IMG/VR virus record: IMGVR_UViG_3300030397_000629
Length of the DNA stretch: 64,000 nucleotides
DNA from: a virus
Direction: 5' to 3' (one strand)
In this document: one piece after another, positions 37,317 to 46,513 of the stretch
Layout: each line of letters starts with the position of its first letter
Position numbering within the stretch: position 1 is the stretch's first letter
Program-made: the position numbers and the translations under genes
The notes under the pieces: generated by a model
Database searches by the model: none
Told to the model about the DNA's origin: nothing
Seen by the model: only the letters and a program-made list of their open reading frames with translations

Positions 37317-37374
37317 AACAAGCTTGTTATTTGTAATTATTACAAATTTAGCTTAATATTGCAATAATCACAAA
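37315..37374. promoter_or_regulatory. divergent genetic-switch region
   Basis: minus promoter TAAATTTG (37343-37350) with TTTG 20 nt upstream; plus promoter TTG(37331)...TAATATTG; palindromes ATAACA-AGCT-TGTTAT (37315-37330) and ATTTGTAAT-T-ATTACAAAT (37329-37347). Confidence 0.75.
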
Positions 37375-37392
37375 CCTTTTAAATTTTAGGCA

Positions 37393-37794
37393 ATGGATAA
37401 TGTTGTTATTAAAATAGGCTCAATAGAAGAGGATTCAATTGGATGCATGAATGCATACAAGAATATTGAACAAAAATACGAGCTTGAAAGCAAGCTTATA
37501 AAATTCATTAACGACAAAGGCGAGTTTGAGCCAAATGTCAAAAGTTGTTTTCAAAGTGAGGAAAGTGTAACAGTGATACTTGACCTTGAGGACGGGAATG
37601 AAAACGGTCAAGGCTTTACTTTAGACAGTCACACAATATTGCCTGCTCTTGCTTTCTTGGGAATTGATCACATTGAGCAAACAGCGGATGCAATTTCTTA
37701 TGCGCCTTTTATAATTGGGGCATGTTGCATTGAGTGCTTGATTCCGTCAAAGTCAATGATTGAGAGAATTAAGTTTCATGAAAACAGCGTTTAA
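37393..37794 (+). CDS. hypothetical protein
   Basis: 133-aa first rightward ORF. Confidence 0.7.
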   Translation: MDNVVIKIGSIEEDSIGCMNAYKNIEQKYELESKLIKFINDKGEFEPNVKSCFQSEESVTVILDLEDGNENGQGFTLDSHTILPALAFLGIDHIEQTADAISYAPFIIGACCIECLIPSKSMIERIKFHENSV

Positions 37795-37833
37795 AATGGT
37801 TTTACAGTAGCTCTTAAATATAGATGTCATTTG

Positions 37834-37868
37834 AGGCTTGCATTAAAACCGCAAGCCTTTTCTTTTTT
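37834..37868 (+). terminator. intrinsic terminator
   Basis: AGGCTTGC/GCAAGCCT stem plus T-run. Confidence 0.7.
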
Positions 37869-37897
37869 TATTATCCTGATTCAATAACCGTTAACTC

Positions 37898-39622
37898 ATG
37901 AAATTATTACTGAGAAATTACAGCGAGCCGGGAAACAAAGAGGTATTTGAGCAAGAGGCACCTGCTGCATACAAGTTTGCACGCTTTGCAATTATGTGTC
38001 ATTTAGTGAGCGCAGCATCAGAGGCAATTGGTGTTTACAATTTCTTTTATTCAATTATACCGATTTGGCCTGTTTTCAGGTTTTTGGTATCTGTGCTTGT
38101 AACATTCCTGTTAGTAAGGCTGATTGAGATTTTGGTGTTTAAGGGTATTGAGTACGGCGTGCTCAAATATTTCAGACTATTTGCACCCGCTGGAATAAAG
38201 GTCATGAGGGACAGACACAGAGAGCTTGTTGATGCTGGCAAGATGGATGAGGCAGAGGCTCAGCTTTTAAAGATAAAAGCAGCCTCAAGGAAAAACACAC
38301 CCGCCTCAGCAGTTCTTTCTTACTGCATCGTTGTATGCATGACTTTCGCGGTTGTTGCCTGCTCTTTCTTTGTATCAAAGAAGCTTTCAAAAGAGACGTT
38401 TGACACTTGGACTTACATCTACATGCAAAAGACCTCAAAAAAAGATGTGTCTGATTTTGTTGGCGATTTCGACAAGCTAAAAGATGAGCTTGAAACTGAC
38501 AGGGATAATGAGGCAAAGGCAATAAATTCAGAGTTAACCGTTAAGCTTGCAGCGATTGACACAGCAGCAGAGGCCAAGATAAAGGCGCATGAGAAAGGTA
38601 TAACTTACTGGAAAGAAAGGGAAGAAAGAACGGGCACAGTATATGCGTATCAGAGGCAGTTGCTTGAGGATAAAATTGCAGAGGAAAAGGCAAAAGCACT
38701 GAGGGACAAAAACAAGCTCAGGACTGAGGCAAGCCTTGCTGTTGCCAGTGAAAACAAGAATGAGAAAGAGCTTGAAAACACATACCTTGCATTGCAAGAC
38801 ACCTTGCTCAAGATCAACTTTGAGGGGTACGCTGAGGGCAGGACAAAGCAAATATCTTGGTCAAAGGGTTTTAGCAAATATCTCTCTTGGGTTGCAGGCT
38901 TTGCAGTTCTTGGTGCGTGCTTTTCTTGGGTGTTCTTTTTTACATTCTTGGTGCGTGCTGAGATTGAGCCAAAAGTGTCAGTGTCTAAAGAGTTTTTTCT
39001 TGCGGCACCTATGGCAGAGGGCATGTACCTTTTACGGTTAAAATTCAGCAGAGCACTCAGGAATTCTATCAGGCGCAACTTTGGCAATATAGCTGACTTG
39101 CAAACCCTTGAAAGTGGATTGCTCACACCTATTACTGAAAGGCAGAAAAGGCAGCCGGTAAAAGCTGAGATTAACCAAAGAGATATAAAGCACATTGAGG
39201 CTCTTTTGAGAGAGAAGATTGAAAGAGAGCACAGGGAAGGAAAGAAAGAAGCGCCTGAGCAGCCTGAGCAGCCTGAGGCAAAGAAAAATGAAGGAATGAC
39301 AAGGCGCTCAAGCAGCGGCATAGATGTAACCATTGTTGAGGGCAACAAAGTCGAGCACAGTATCTTTGACTCAAAAAGAAAGAGTGTTAAAAATTTAAGC
39401 TCATGCAAAAGAGAGCTTGCCATGTTTGAGCCGAGGCTTGAAGAAACAAAAAAGGCGCTCTCAAAAGCTCAAAAGAAATACAGCAAAGAAAAGACTGTCA
39501 AAAATCAAAACTCTGTTAACTCAAAACTCAAGAGTTATAACAGGGCTGTTTACAATGTCAATCAGTTTAGAGCATATATTGAGGTATTGACGGCAATAGA
39601 AATTGAAAGCCAAGGTGTGTAA
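37898..39622 (+). CDS. membrane protein with long coiled coils
   Basis: 574 aa, several TM segments, large charged helical domains. Confidence 0.7.
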   Translation: MKLLLRNYSEPGNKEVFEQEAPAAYKFARFAIMCHLVSAASEAIGVYNFFYSIIPIWPVFRFLVSVLVTFLLVRLIEILVFKGIEYGVLKYFRLFAPAGIKVMRDRHRELVDAGKMDEAEAQLLKIKAASRKNTPASAVLSYCIVVCMTFAVVACSFFVSKKLSKETFDTWTYIYMQKTSKKDVSDFVGDFDKLKDELETDRDNEAKAINSELTVKLAAIDTAAEAKIKAHEKGITYWKEREERTGTVYAYQRQLLEDKIAEEKAKALRDKNKLRTEASLAVASENKNEKELENTYLALQDTLLKINFEGYAEGRTKQISWSKGFSKYLSWVAGFAVLGACFSWVFFFTFLVRAEIEPKVSVSKEFFLAAPMAEGMYLLRLKFSRALRNSIRRNFGNIADLQTLESGLLTPITERQKRQPVKAEINQRDIKHIEALLREKIEREHREGKKEAPEQPEQPEAKKNEGMTRRSSSGIDVTIVEGNKVEHSIFDSKRKSVKNLSSCKRELAMFEPRLEETKKALSKAQKKYSKEKTVKNQNSVNSKLKSYNRAVYNVNQFRAYIEVLTAIEIESQGV

Positions 39623-39780
39623 CTATGTGAGATATTTATTAAATTGCACCTGCTAAAACAATCGGCTCTTATTACACCAACTATGTCATCATTCGCCTCT
39701 ATTGGTTTTTTCTCTTTTTGGTAGTATCCAAAAGCCGGGCCTTAATCAGCCCGGCTTTCTGATTTTAATGGCACACCTAT

Positions 39781-39836
39781 TGCATGGTAACAAAAAAGTT
39801 ATTATATTGCACCTGTATTTATTAGTTAACGGTTAA
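39781..39836 (+). promoter_or_regulatory. rightward promoter with operator
   Basis: TTGCA, GTAACA-AAAA-AGTTAT (39787-39802), TATATTGC -7 box, then TTAACGGTTAA. Confidence 0.7.
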
Positions 39837-39845
39837 AAACAATAA

Positions 39846-40085
39846 GTGATGACATTTTCAATTTCAAGAGCGAATACAAGAATATCAAGCCGGGCATTGC
39901 TAACAGCGGGCGTGCAATACTCATCAATGACCGGCACAAGAAAAGGCGGCAGTTGGCAACAATTGTTTTCATTTAAGGCGATTGTGAAAGGATTTGAGTT
40001 AAACATTGTGGTCAATTTCCCTTTTTGGGTTCCTAACAAATACAATAAGTTTCAAATTTTGAAACAAAAAAGATTAGGGTTTTAA
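39846..40085 (+). CDS. hypothetical protein
   Basis: 79-aa ORF between promoter and terminator. Confidence 0.5.
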   Translation: MMTFSISRANTRISSRALLTAGVQYSSMTGTRKGGSWQQLFSFKAIVKGFELNIVVNFPFWVPNKYNKFQILKQKRLGF

Positions 40086-40111
40086 CCCTTTCTTTGTGTT
40101 GCTGCGTAATT

Positions 40112-40147
40112 GCCGGTTAACCGTTAAACATGGTAACCGGCTTTTTT
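40112..40147 (+). terminator. intrinsic terminator
   Basis: GCCGGTTA/TAACCGGC stem plus T6. Confidence 0.65.
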
Positions 40148-40266
40148 CGTTAAAGTTTTATTTATATTTTGATAATACAACAAAATTGTTATACATTAGT
40201 AAAACGGCTTGACCTCCCAACGACCGCAAGCCGGGACTTTTAAAACCTTTTAAAGCACATAACGCG

Positions 40267-41631
40267 ATGACAGATTTTTGCAATCTCAGGATTACAGGCA
40301 ATACAGTGCACCCGTCTTGGTACAAGACAATGACATTTAAAAATGACAGAGGTGTTTACTCTCATTGGCTTGCAATCAACATTCTCTCAGATTTAATTTA
40401 CTGGTATACACCCTTTGAAATTCGTGACCAAATGAGCGGTCAGGTAAGCGGGTACAAAAGCAAATTTGAGGGCGCTTTTTTATACCGATCAATTGAGGAA
40501 ACTGGCAACTTGTTCAATGCCTCTGAAAGGCTGACAAGAGACGCTGTTGAGTTTCTTGAGGCAAGGGGTTTGGTATTTAGGACTTACAAGAACGAGGCCA
40601 AAAAAACAGGCGTTGCAATAGTGCCCTGCCTGCCTTTCATTTTGCTACACACATTCCCTGATGCGGGCCAAATACCGGAAACAATAAACTTTACGGTTAA
40701 GAGTGGCAGCAAGTACACAAACGGCGTTGAATCAAAACAATTTATTGAGAACCAAGTAAATACAAGACTTAACTCAATTAACATTGTAGGTTACCGAGTT
40801 CGTAAGGCTAATGAGGTAGGTCTACCAATTGGTGACCCTGAAATTACGAGCACAACCTCAAATATTTTTCAAATCGGTGAAAAAATGCAAATGCTGCTTT
40901 CTCTTAATAGCAGTGATATGCTCTTAAATAATACCGTTAGGGGTGTTATAGGGTATAACTACGTTATACCTACTATAACCCCTAACGTATTAGATGATTT
41001 TTCTATTGAAAGAAAAATCAGTATAAGGGATTTTAAAAATGAAAATTTTGAAAAAGAAAGTGAGGCATGCCTTGACAATGATGTAACAAATTCGTTACCT
41101 TTGCAAGAGGATTTTGAAAAAGAAAAAAATTGCGGCAAAAAAGAAAAGTCTGAGCCGGTCAGTTTTTCAAATCCAACTTTTACAGATGAGCAGTATTTTG
41201 TGCTTGCAGAAAAGCAATTGCTCATCAGGTCATTTTTGAAAATCAGGTATCAATACTTGTTTGAGCAGAAAGGCGAGGCACCCGGCAGAGATGAGGTTTA
41301 TTTTGACATCAAAACTGAGTTAGGGAAACTGTTTGCACTCAGGAATGCGTTACTGAGCAAAGTGAGGCTTGCCAATGTTGAGCATGCACTCTTGAATGAC
41401 AAACGATATTTCATTGAGTCAGTCTTTCTGCCCTTCCTGCAATCATGCAAGGATATTGATGACCAATTTTTGAAAAAGTATTTTGTACCCTCATGGATTT
41501 ACAGTCAATTTGAGCGGTTTTATTCTCACGCAAAAGGTAACAACAGCAATGCAAAAAAATCTAATTCAGCAATCACAGCAGCCAAGCAAAGGCTTAAAGC
41601 AACTAATATTGCGGGCGCGTTTTCCGGTTGA
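40267..41631 (+). CDS. phage replication initiator / replisome organiser (N-terminal wHTH, DnaD-associated type)
   Basis: ITGNTVHPSWY...AINILSDLIYWY.P.EIRDQ.SG...KF.G..L.RS motif of phage replication initiators. Confidence 0.75.
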   Translation: MTDFCNLRITGNTVHPSWYKTMTFKNDRGVYSHWLAINILSDLIYWYTPFEIRDQMSGQVSGYKSKFEGAFLYRSIEETGNLFNASERLTRDAVEFLEARGLVFRTYKNEAKKTGVAIVPCLPFILLHTFPDAGQIPETINFTVKSGSKYTNGVESKQFIENQVNTRLNSINIVGYRVRKANEVGLPIGDPEITSTTSNIFQIGEKMQMLLSLNSSDMLLNNTVRGVIGYNYVIPTITPNVLDDFSIERKISIRDFKNENFEKESEACLDNDVTNSLPLQEDFEKEKNCGKKEKSEPVSFSNPTFTDEQYFVLAEKQLLIRSFLKIRYQYLFEQKGEAPGRDEVYFDIKTELGKLFALRNALLSKVRLANVEHALLNDKRYFIESVFLPFLQSCKDIDDQFLKKYFVPSWIYSQFERFYSHAKGNNSNAKKSNSAITAAKQRLKATNIAGAFSG

Positions 41632-42661
41632 GTATAATGCCGACCAAAAAAACGCAGTTTATCAGCTTGTGCAAAAAAATGAGCATTGGCAAACCTTGCT
41701 CAAGTCAGGCAAGTTTGAACCTCACAAAGCTGTCATATCAATGGCACACTCAGTTGAGATAATTGAAAGCATGACCTTTGACACAGCAAGAGGCGCTTTA
41801 GTTTGCACGGCACCAAGTCTTGCAGACATCAGAAAATACCACGGCAAGCAAACGGCCAATGATGTGCTTGCTGTTATTCTGTCAATAATCAATGAGGCGC
41901 TTGGCAGCAAGAAAGCTCTCACCTCAACACAACTTGCTCTTTTCTCAAGGTCAATATTTAACCGTTATTATTACTATAAAATATCAGAGGTCAAGACTGT
42001 ACTGATGAAAGGCTTAACGGGTGAGCTTTATGAAAACGGGCAAGTCATCAGGTTTTACGGTGAGCCTGACCTTGAGACCGTCATGAGTTGGTTTTCTGCA
42101 TACGATCAAGAGCGCACTGACGCTGCAAGAGAGTTTGCAGGTATGGAACAAAACCCGCTTGATGTCATTCTTGAGCCTGAGCCTCAGAAATTGCTTGAGA
42201 GGCCCGTTATTGACTTAAATGACATACCTGAGGATGAAAGGCCCAAAGATCAAGAGACGGGCCTTGAGTACTTGCTCAGGATGATTGACAAGAAAAGCAG
42301 AGAGCGTGAGGCATCAGTCAGGGCTGAGCGGCTTAAAATGGGTATGCAGTTTAAGAGCGTGCAGTACTTCTTTTTGTACACAGCAGGTGAGGAAAAAGGC
42401 AAAGAGCTTTTTGAAAAGGTTTTCAGTCAATGGCAAGAGGCGGTTGAGGGTGCTTGCGATGAAACCGGGTTGTTGGCTGACATGTATTTACTGATGGCAG
42501 AAAACAAGGCGCTTGTTTACATCAACGACAAGAGAACGGCAGAAGAGTTTGAAAACCCTGAGCTAATTGTTGAAAAACTTTATATTGAAAAATTCACTGA
42601 CTTTGCATTTAGAGTTAGTAACATGGACAAATACAAAACCGATGAGACGTTGCAAGGGTGA
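41549..42661 (+). CDS. DUF6633-like protein (putative helicase-loader partner)
   Basis: APSLADI...YG-type, YYYYKISEV, FYGEPD..VMSWF..YD.ER motifs; follows initiator; ATG start chosen at 41549. Confidence 0.6.
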   Translation: MQKNLIQQSQQPSKGLKQLILRARFPVEYNADQKNAVYQLVQKNEHWQTLLKSGKFEPHKAVISMAHSVEIIESMTFDTARGALVCTAPSLADIRKYHGKQTANDVLAVILSIINEALGSKKALTSTQLALFSRSIFNRYYYYKISEVKTVLMKGLTGELYENGQVIRFYGEPDLETVMSWFSAYDQERTDAAREFAGMEQNPLDVILEPEPQKLLERPVIDLNDIPEDERPKDQETGLEYLLRMIDKKSREREASVRAERLKMGMQFKSVQYFFLYTAGEEKGKELFEKVFSQWQEAVEGACDETGLLADMYLLMAENKALVYINDKRTAEEFENPELIVEKLYIEKFTDFAFRVSNMDKYKTDETLQG

Positions 42662-43136
42662 AAATAAAAACGGCGGCAAATGCAGGAAAGAGGCAAAACA
42701 AGGGCATTACTGTTGGTCATGCCAAAAACGTGCCTATGCAAAAAGACACCCTGAGAAATATGCATTTCAAACCCTCAAGAACAACGTCAAGAGGCGAAAC
42801 AAGAAAAGGATTGCATTAGGTAAAAAACCAATACCGTTCAACATCACCCTTGATGACTTCATTGAGTTTGCAGTTGCAGTTGATTACATGAATAAGAGAG
42901 GCACATCAAAAACCTCTTATCATATTGACCGCATTGCTGATGACGGCAGTGACGACCCTATTGGGTACACAAAAGGCAACCTGCAAGCACTTACAAACTC
43001 TCAGAACGTCAAGAAATATTATGCTTGCATCAATGGCTCTTATAATTGGACAACCGGGCAGATGGAATTTACAACAACAAAGCAGGCTTTCTTTGGGATT
43101 CCTGACAGTGAAATTGACCCTGAATGCGGTTTTTAA
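42642..43136 (+). CDS. HNH-type (His-Me finger) endonuclease with N-terminal Cys cluster
   Basis: IPFNITLDDF, YHIDRI...GYTKGNLQALTNSQN. Confidence 0.65.
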   Translation: MRRCKGENKNGGKCRKEAKQGHYCWSCQKRAYAKRHPEKYAFQTLKNNVKRRNKKRIALGKKPIPFNITLDDFIEFAVAVDYMNKRGTSKTSYHIDRIADDGSDDPIGYTKGNLQALTNSQNVKKYYACINGSYNWTTGQMEFTTTKQAFFGIPDSEIDPECGF

Positions 43137-43176
43137 CCGTTATTTTTTTATAACTAAATTAGTAATTATTACCATT

Positions 43177-43581
43177 ATGGAAAACAAAAATTTACTTGAG
43201 ATAACAGATAATTACGGCAAGGCGATGGCAATGGTTGCTGCTGAAATTATCAGAGGCGAGTTAAAAATATTTGCAGTTGAGGGCGGCGGTGCAAGGTGGC
43301 TCAGTGTTGATGACTGTATTTTTTCAAGGACTTACAAAGATGAGGGTGAGCTTTTAAATTCGCTCATTCAGTCAAGGATTATGAGGCTTGGAGCAAACGC
43401 AATTGATGAGCACCTTTTTGACGATATTGGGAGAATCGAATTAAAGCTATCAGGCGGCAAGTCATTCACGTTTATCAAAAGCCTTGACAAGCTAATAGTG
43501 AAAAAGAGGTCAGGAAAACCTGAGGCTGAGCCGGTCAATATAATGCCCTCAGGTCACAAAAACATTATCATAATATCTTAA
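43177..43581 (+). CDS. hypothetical protein
   Basis: ATG MENKNLL inside track ORF 42925-43581, after upstream stop. Confidence 0.65.
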   Translation: MENKNLLEITDNYGKAMAMVAAEIIRGELKIFAVEGGGARWLSVDDCIFSRTYKDEGELLNSLIQSRIMRLGANAIDEHLFDDIGRIELKLSGGKSFTFIKSLDKLIVKKRSGKPEAEPVNIMPSGHKNIIIIS

Positions 43582-43591
43582 CCATTAAACA

Positions 43592-43981
43592 ATGAAAAAA
43601 GAAAAGGAATTACACCCTCTTGCAATACAGCTCATGCCATTCTTTAAGGATGAAAACTTTGGCAAAAGAGAACTTGCAGTCATGGTGTCAGATGCAATTG
43701 AGTCTGCCGTGAAAGAGGAAAGGGAAAAGCCTATAAGCTTAACCGTTAACAGCAAAGTCAGCACGCATGACCCTGAGGTTACATTGCTTGACAAATTTGC
43801 AATGCAAGCGTTGAACGGTTTAATTCAGGGTTTTGAGCGCAGGCAGTTGCAGCACGTAGCCCAATACGGTCAGGGCATTGCCTCACTTGCATACTCATTG
43901 GCGCAATACATGTTGAAACAAAAGTCTGCCATTGAATTAATGGAGCGCGCATACTCAGAGGAAAATTTTGATAAAGATTGA
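43592..43981 (+). CDS. hypothetical phage protein
   Basis: TLLDKFAMQALNGLI motif common in small phage proteins. Confidence 0.7.
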   Translation: MKKEKELHPLAIQLMPFFKDENFGKRELAVMVSDAIESAVKEEREKPISLTVNSKVSTHDPEVTLLDKFAMQALNGLIQGFERRQLQHVAQYGQGIASLAYSLAQYMLKQKSAIELMERAYSEENFDKD

Positions 43982-44000
43982 GGCATGCCCTTGTTTGTGA

Positions 44001-44058
44001 GTGACAAAAATGTTACATTTGCAGTTATACAGTGATTTCATTTAAAATTAACCGTTAA
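44001..44058 (+). promoter_or_regulatory. promoter with operator
   Basis: GTGACA-AAAA-TGTTAC (44001-44016) overlapping TACATTTG -7 box; TTG ~20 nt upstream. Confidence 0.75.
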
Positions 44059-44069
44059 AAGCATTTGAT

Positions 44070-45218
44070 ATGAAACAACAGTTTAAGCAGGTGAGCTTTA
44101 CCAAAAAGACACTTGAGCATTTAAGAATCGCAAACAGCATAATTGAAGATTATCAAGATCAGGGTTACACCCTTACCCTCAGGCAGCTATATTACCAAAT
44201 GGTTGCAAAAGACCTGATACCAAACAAGCAAAGGGAATATGACAAGCTTGGCAGGAATCTTGCAAACGCCCGCCTTTGTGGTTTAATTGATTGGGATGCC
44301 ATTGAGGACAGATTGCGCCGGGTGAGACGCTTGCCGCATTGGGATGAGCCAAAAGATGTGCTTGAGTCTGCTGCTTGGCAGTTCCGATTTGACAAGAACC
44401 AAGAGCAAAACACCTATGTTGAGGTATGGGTTGAAAAGGATGCACTTAGCTCAGTTGTTGAGCGGTCAGCAAACAAGTATCAGGTGCCGGTTATGGTTAA
44501 CCGTGGTTATGGATCAATAACAATGATGTATGACGCATACAACCGGCTGAAAGCAAGGCACAGGCAAGGTGCAGAGGACTTTGTTATTTTGTACTTAGGT
44601 GACCATGACCCAAGCGGCTTGGACATGGTTAATGATATTCGCAACAGAGTAGGTGACTTAATGCTTGGCGCTGACTACATGCAAGACCTGCTCACAGTCA
44701 AACACATTGCATTGACAAAAGAACAGATTGCCGAGTACAACCCGCCGCCAAACCCGGCTAAAATGTCAGATAGTAGAGCACCAAAATATGTGCAAGAACA
44801 CGGTTATGAGTCTTGGGAAGTTGACGCACTGCCGCCTGATGTGCTTGACGCTATTATTACAGAGGGTATTGAGCAGAGCATCAACGTTGACCTTTTCAAT
44901 AAGTGGAAAGTCAAAGAAGAGAAAGAAAAGATTTACCTCAAAGCATACGCCAAAAGCTATGAATTAAACAAGGGCAAAGGCAGTGTGCCTTTATCTGCAT
45001 TAAAGGACATAACTGACTCAAGTGTTATAATGTCAGTGCTTGAGGATGAAACTGAGCATGAATTTAATGAAAATCCAAGCTCTTGGAGTGATGAGCAGAA
45101 AAACCTTTTTGACGTCGCAGCAGGTGTTGAGGAAAGGATTTACAGAAAGATAAATGACTCTATTTCTGCATTTGAAATAGATGAGGAAGAGATTGACGGC
45201 AGCGATGAGGAAGAGTAA
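44070..45218 (+). CDS. Topo VI-A/Spo11-like TOPRIM-domain protein
   Basis: TLRQLYYQ (catalytic Tyr-like), EVWVEKDAL, RGY, ILYLGDHDPSGLDM, WEVDAL. Confidence 0.8.
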   Translation: MKQQFKQVSFTKKTLEHLRIANSIIEDYQDQGYTLTLRQLYYQMVAKDLIPNKQREYDKLGRNLANARLCGLIDWDAIEDRLRRVRRLPHWDEPKDVLESAAWQFRFDKNQEQNTYVEVWVEKDALSSVVERSANKYQVPVMVNRGYGSITMMYDAYNRLKARHRQGAEDFVILYLGDHDPSGLDMVNDIRNRVGDLMLGADYMQDLLTVKHIALTKEQIAEYNPPPNPAKMSDSRAPKYVQEHGYESWEVDALPPDVLDAIITEGIEQSINVDLFNKWKVKEEKEKIYLKAYAKSYELNKGKGSVPLSALKDITDSSVIMSVLEDETEHEFNENPSSWSDEQKNLFDVAAGVEERIYRKINDSISAFEIDEEEIDGSDEEE

Positions 45219-45504
45219 TTTTTTGCCTCACAGAGTCAGCCCTTGCAAGCAATGCCCTTTCAGAAAGGATTGCTTAAAGGGTTGGCTTGGTGATCAGCGA
45301 ATGAAAGAGATTTTGACCGGCACAAACTTTGTGTGTCACAAAAACAAAAGCCTGCAATGTGCTGGCTTTATGATACTGAAAGGCGATGAGGGCGCTTTTG
45401 CAACTATCGCAAAGCGCCTCTTTGATATTGATGTAACATTGAACGGCAAAGACCTCATTTTTGACTCAAAAGAGGATTGCATAAAGCACCACAAAAATGA
45501 TTGA
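45205..45504 (+). CDS. Cys-rich DUF6283-like protein
   Basis: PCKQCPFRKD..GWLG...FVCH...CAG. Confidence 0.65.
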   Translation: MRKSNFLPHRVSPCKQCPFRKDCLKGWLGDQRMKEILTGTNFVCHKNKSLQCAGFMILKGDEGAFATIAKRLFDIDVTLNGKDLIFDSKEDCIKHHKND

Positions 45505-45811
45505 ACACAAGTGCAATGATGACGGTTTAGGCGTATATTATAACAACAGTGTTATGTTTAGAGAGGTTTATGCGTCAGGCGGTCAGTTATTTTACAAAGT
45601 AATGCCTGACGGCTCTTTTGAGGTTAATCATTTATTTGGACTCAATAAGGTTTATAACCGGCAGCAGGTGCAGCATGAGCTTGAGCTTGGAAAGGGCGGC
45701 GTCACCTGTTCTTGCACTTGCTCAGTGTGTGGCTCAATCGCTGCAATCAGATTTGCTGCTCAAGCGAGGTCTGAGGATTGGCTTGAGTATTTAAAATGGT
45801 CTAAAAATTAA
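45497..45811 (+). CDS. hypothetical protein
   Basis: 104-aa ORF overlapping upstream stop. Confidence 0.65.
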   Translation: MIEHKCNDDGLGVYYNNSVMFREVYASGGQLFYKVMPDGSFEVNHLFGLNKVYNRQQVQHELELGKGGVTCSCTCSVCGSIAAIRFAAQARSEDWLEYLKWSKN

Positions 45812-45820
45812 CCGTTAAAG

Positions 45821-46366
45821 ATGACGATCAAAAGGTATATTGAATTGAAAGGCTTGCCTGATAATGTTGAGGCAAGGCTCATTGATGAATTGGTAAACGC
45901 TCAAGCCGCTGGCATAAATCCTTTTGACTTTGCTGATGAGGTTGCAGCGGTTTATTTGAGTATGATAAATATTAAAAAAGTCATAATTGATTTAAATTTT
46001 GAATTGATGAAACAAGCTTCAAATAATTTTACACCAAAAAGAAAGTGTGATTACATTGGTTTAACGGTTAAGTCAACAAGGCCAATGAGAAACGGGCACA
46101 CACACTTTGCTGAGGGTACAGTATTTTTAATTCAGGGCAATAGCCGGGTTGGATTCTCAATGCAATCAAAGCCTTGTGAAAGCTGTGGCGTATCTGCTTA
46201 CATTAGTGCGGTGCAGCCTGATAGCTTTGTTGTGTTGCAAAATGAGTCAAACGCTGAGAGGATTAGGCTCAACGGCATGGCAACTGCAAAGGCGGTAAAG
46301 AGGCACGCATACCTTTTCAATAAGTGGGATAATTATAAAAGTCACCTAAAAGATTGCAACTTTTAA
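45821..46366 (+). CDS. hypothetical protein
   Basis: 181-aa ORF, motif before ATG, CESC pair. Confidence 0.7.
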   Translation: MTIKRYIELKGLPDNVEARLIDELVNAQAAGINPFDFADEVAAVYLSMINIKKVIIDLNFELMKQASNNFTPKRKCDYIGLTVKSTRPMRNGHTHFAEGTVFLIQGNSRVGFSMQSKPCESCGVSAYISAVQPDSFVVLQNESNAERIRLNGMATAKAVKRHAYLFNKWDNYKSHLKDCNF

Positions 46367-46467
46367 ATTAAATGGTTACATTTGTGTTATCCTACCAATG
46401 AATCTTACCTATTTGAGTTTGATTTCATTGCTTTTAAAAGGTTTTTAAATCGTTAACAATTAAGAAT

Positions 46468-46497
46468 GCCGCAATGTAAAAAGTTGCGGCTTTTTTG
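46468..46497 (+). terminator. intrinsic terminator
   Basis: GCCGCAA/TTGCGGC stem plus T6. Confidence 0.65.
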
Positions 46498-46513
46498 TAT
46501 CAGGTTATTAGTA

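Noticed and set aside
38650-39423. 257-aa minus-strand ORF
   Set aside because: Shadow of the Lys/Glu-rich coiled-coil gene; no promoter or leader motif
44070-45218. Wadjet (jetABCD) defence system
   Set aside because: Only the TOPRIM protein is present; no SMC, kleisin or KITE genes nearby
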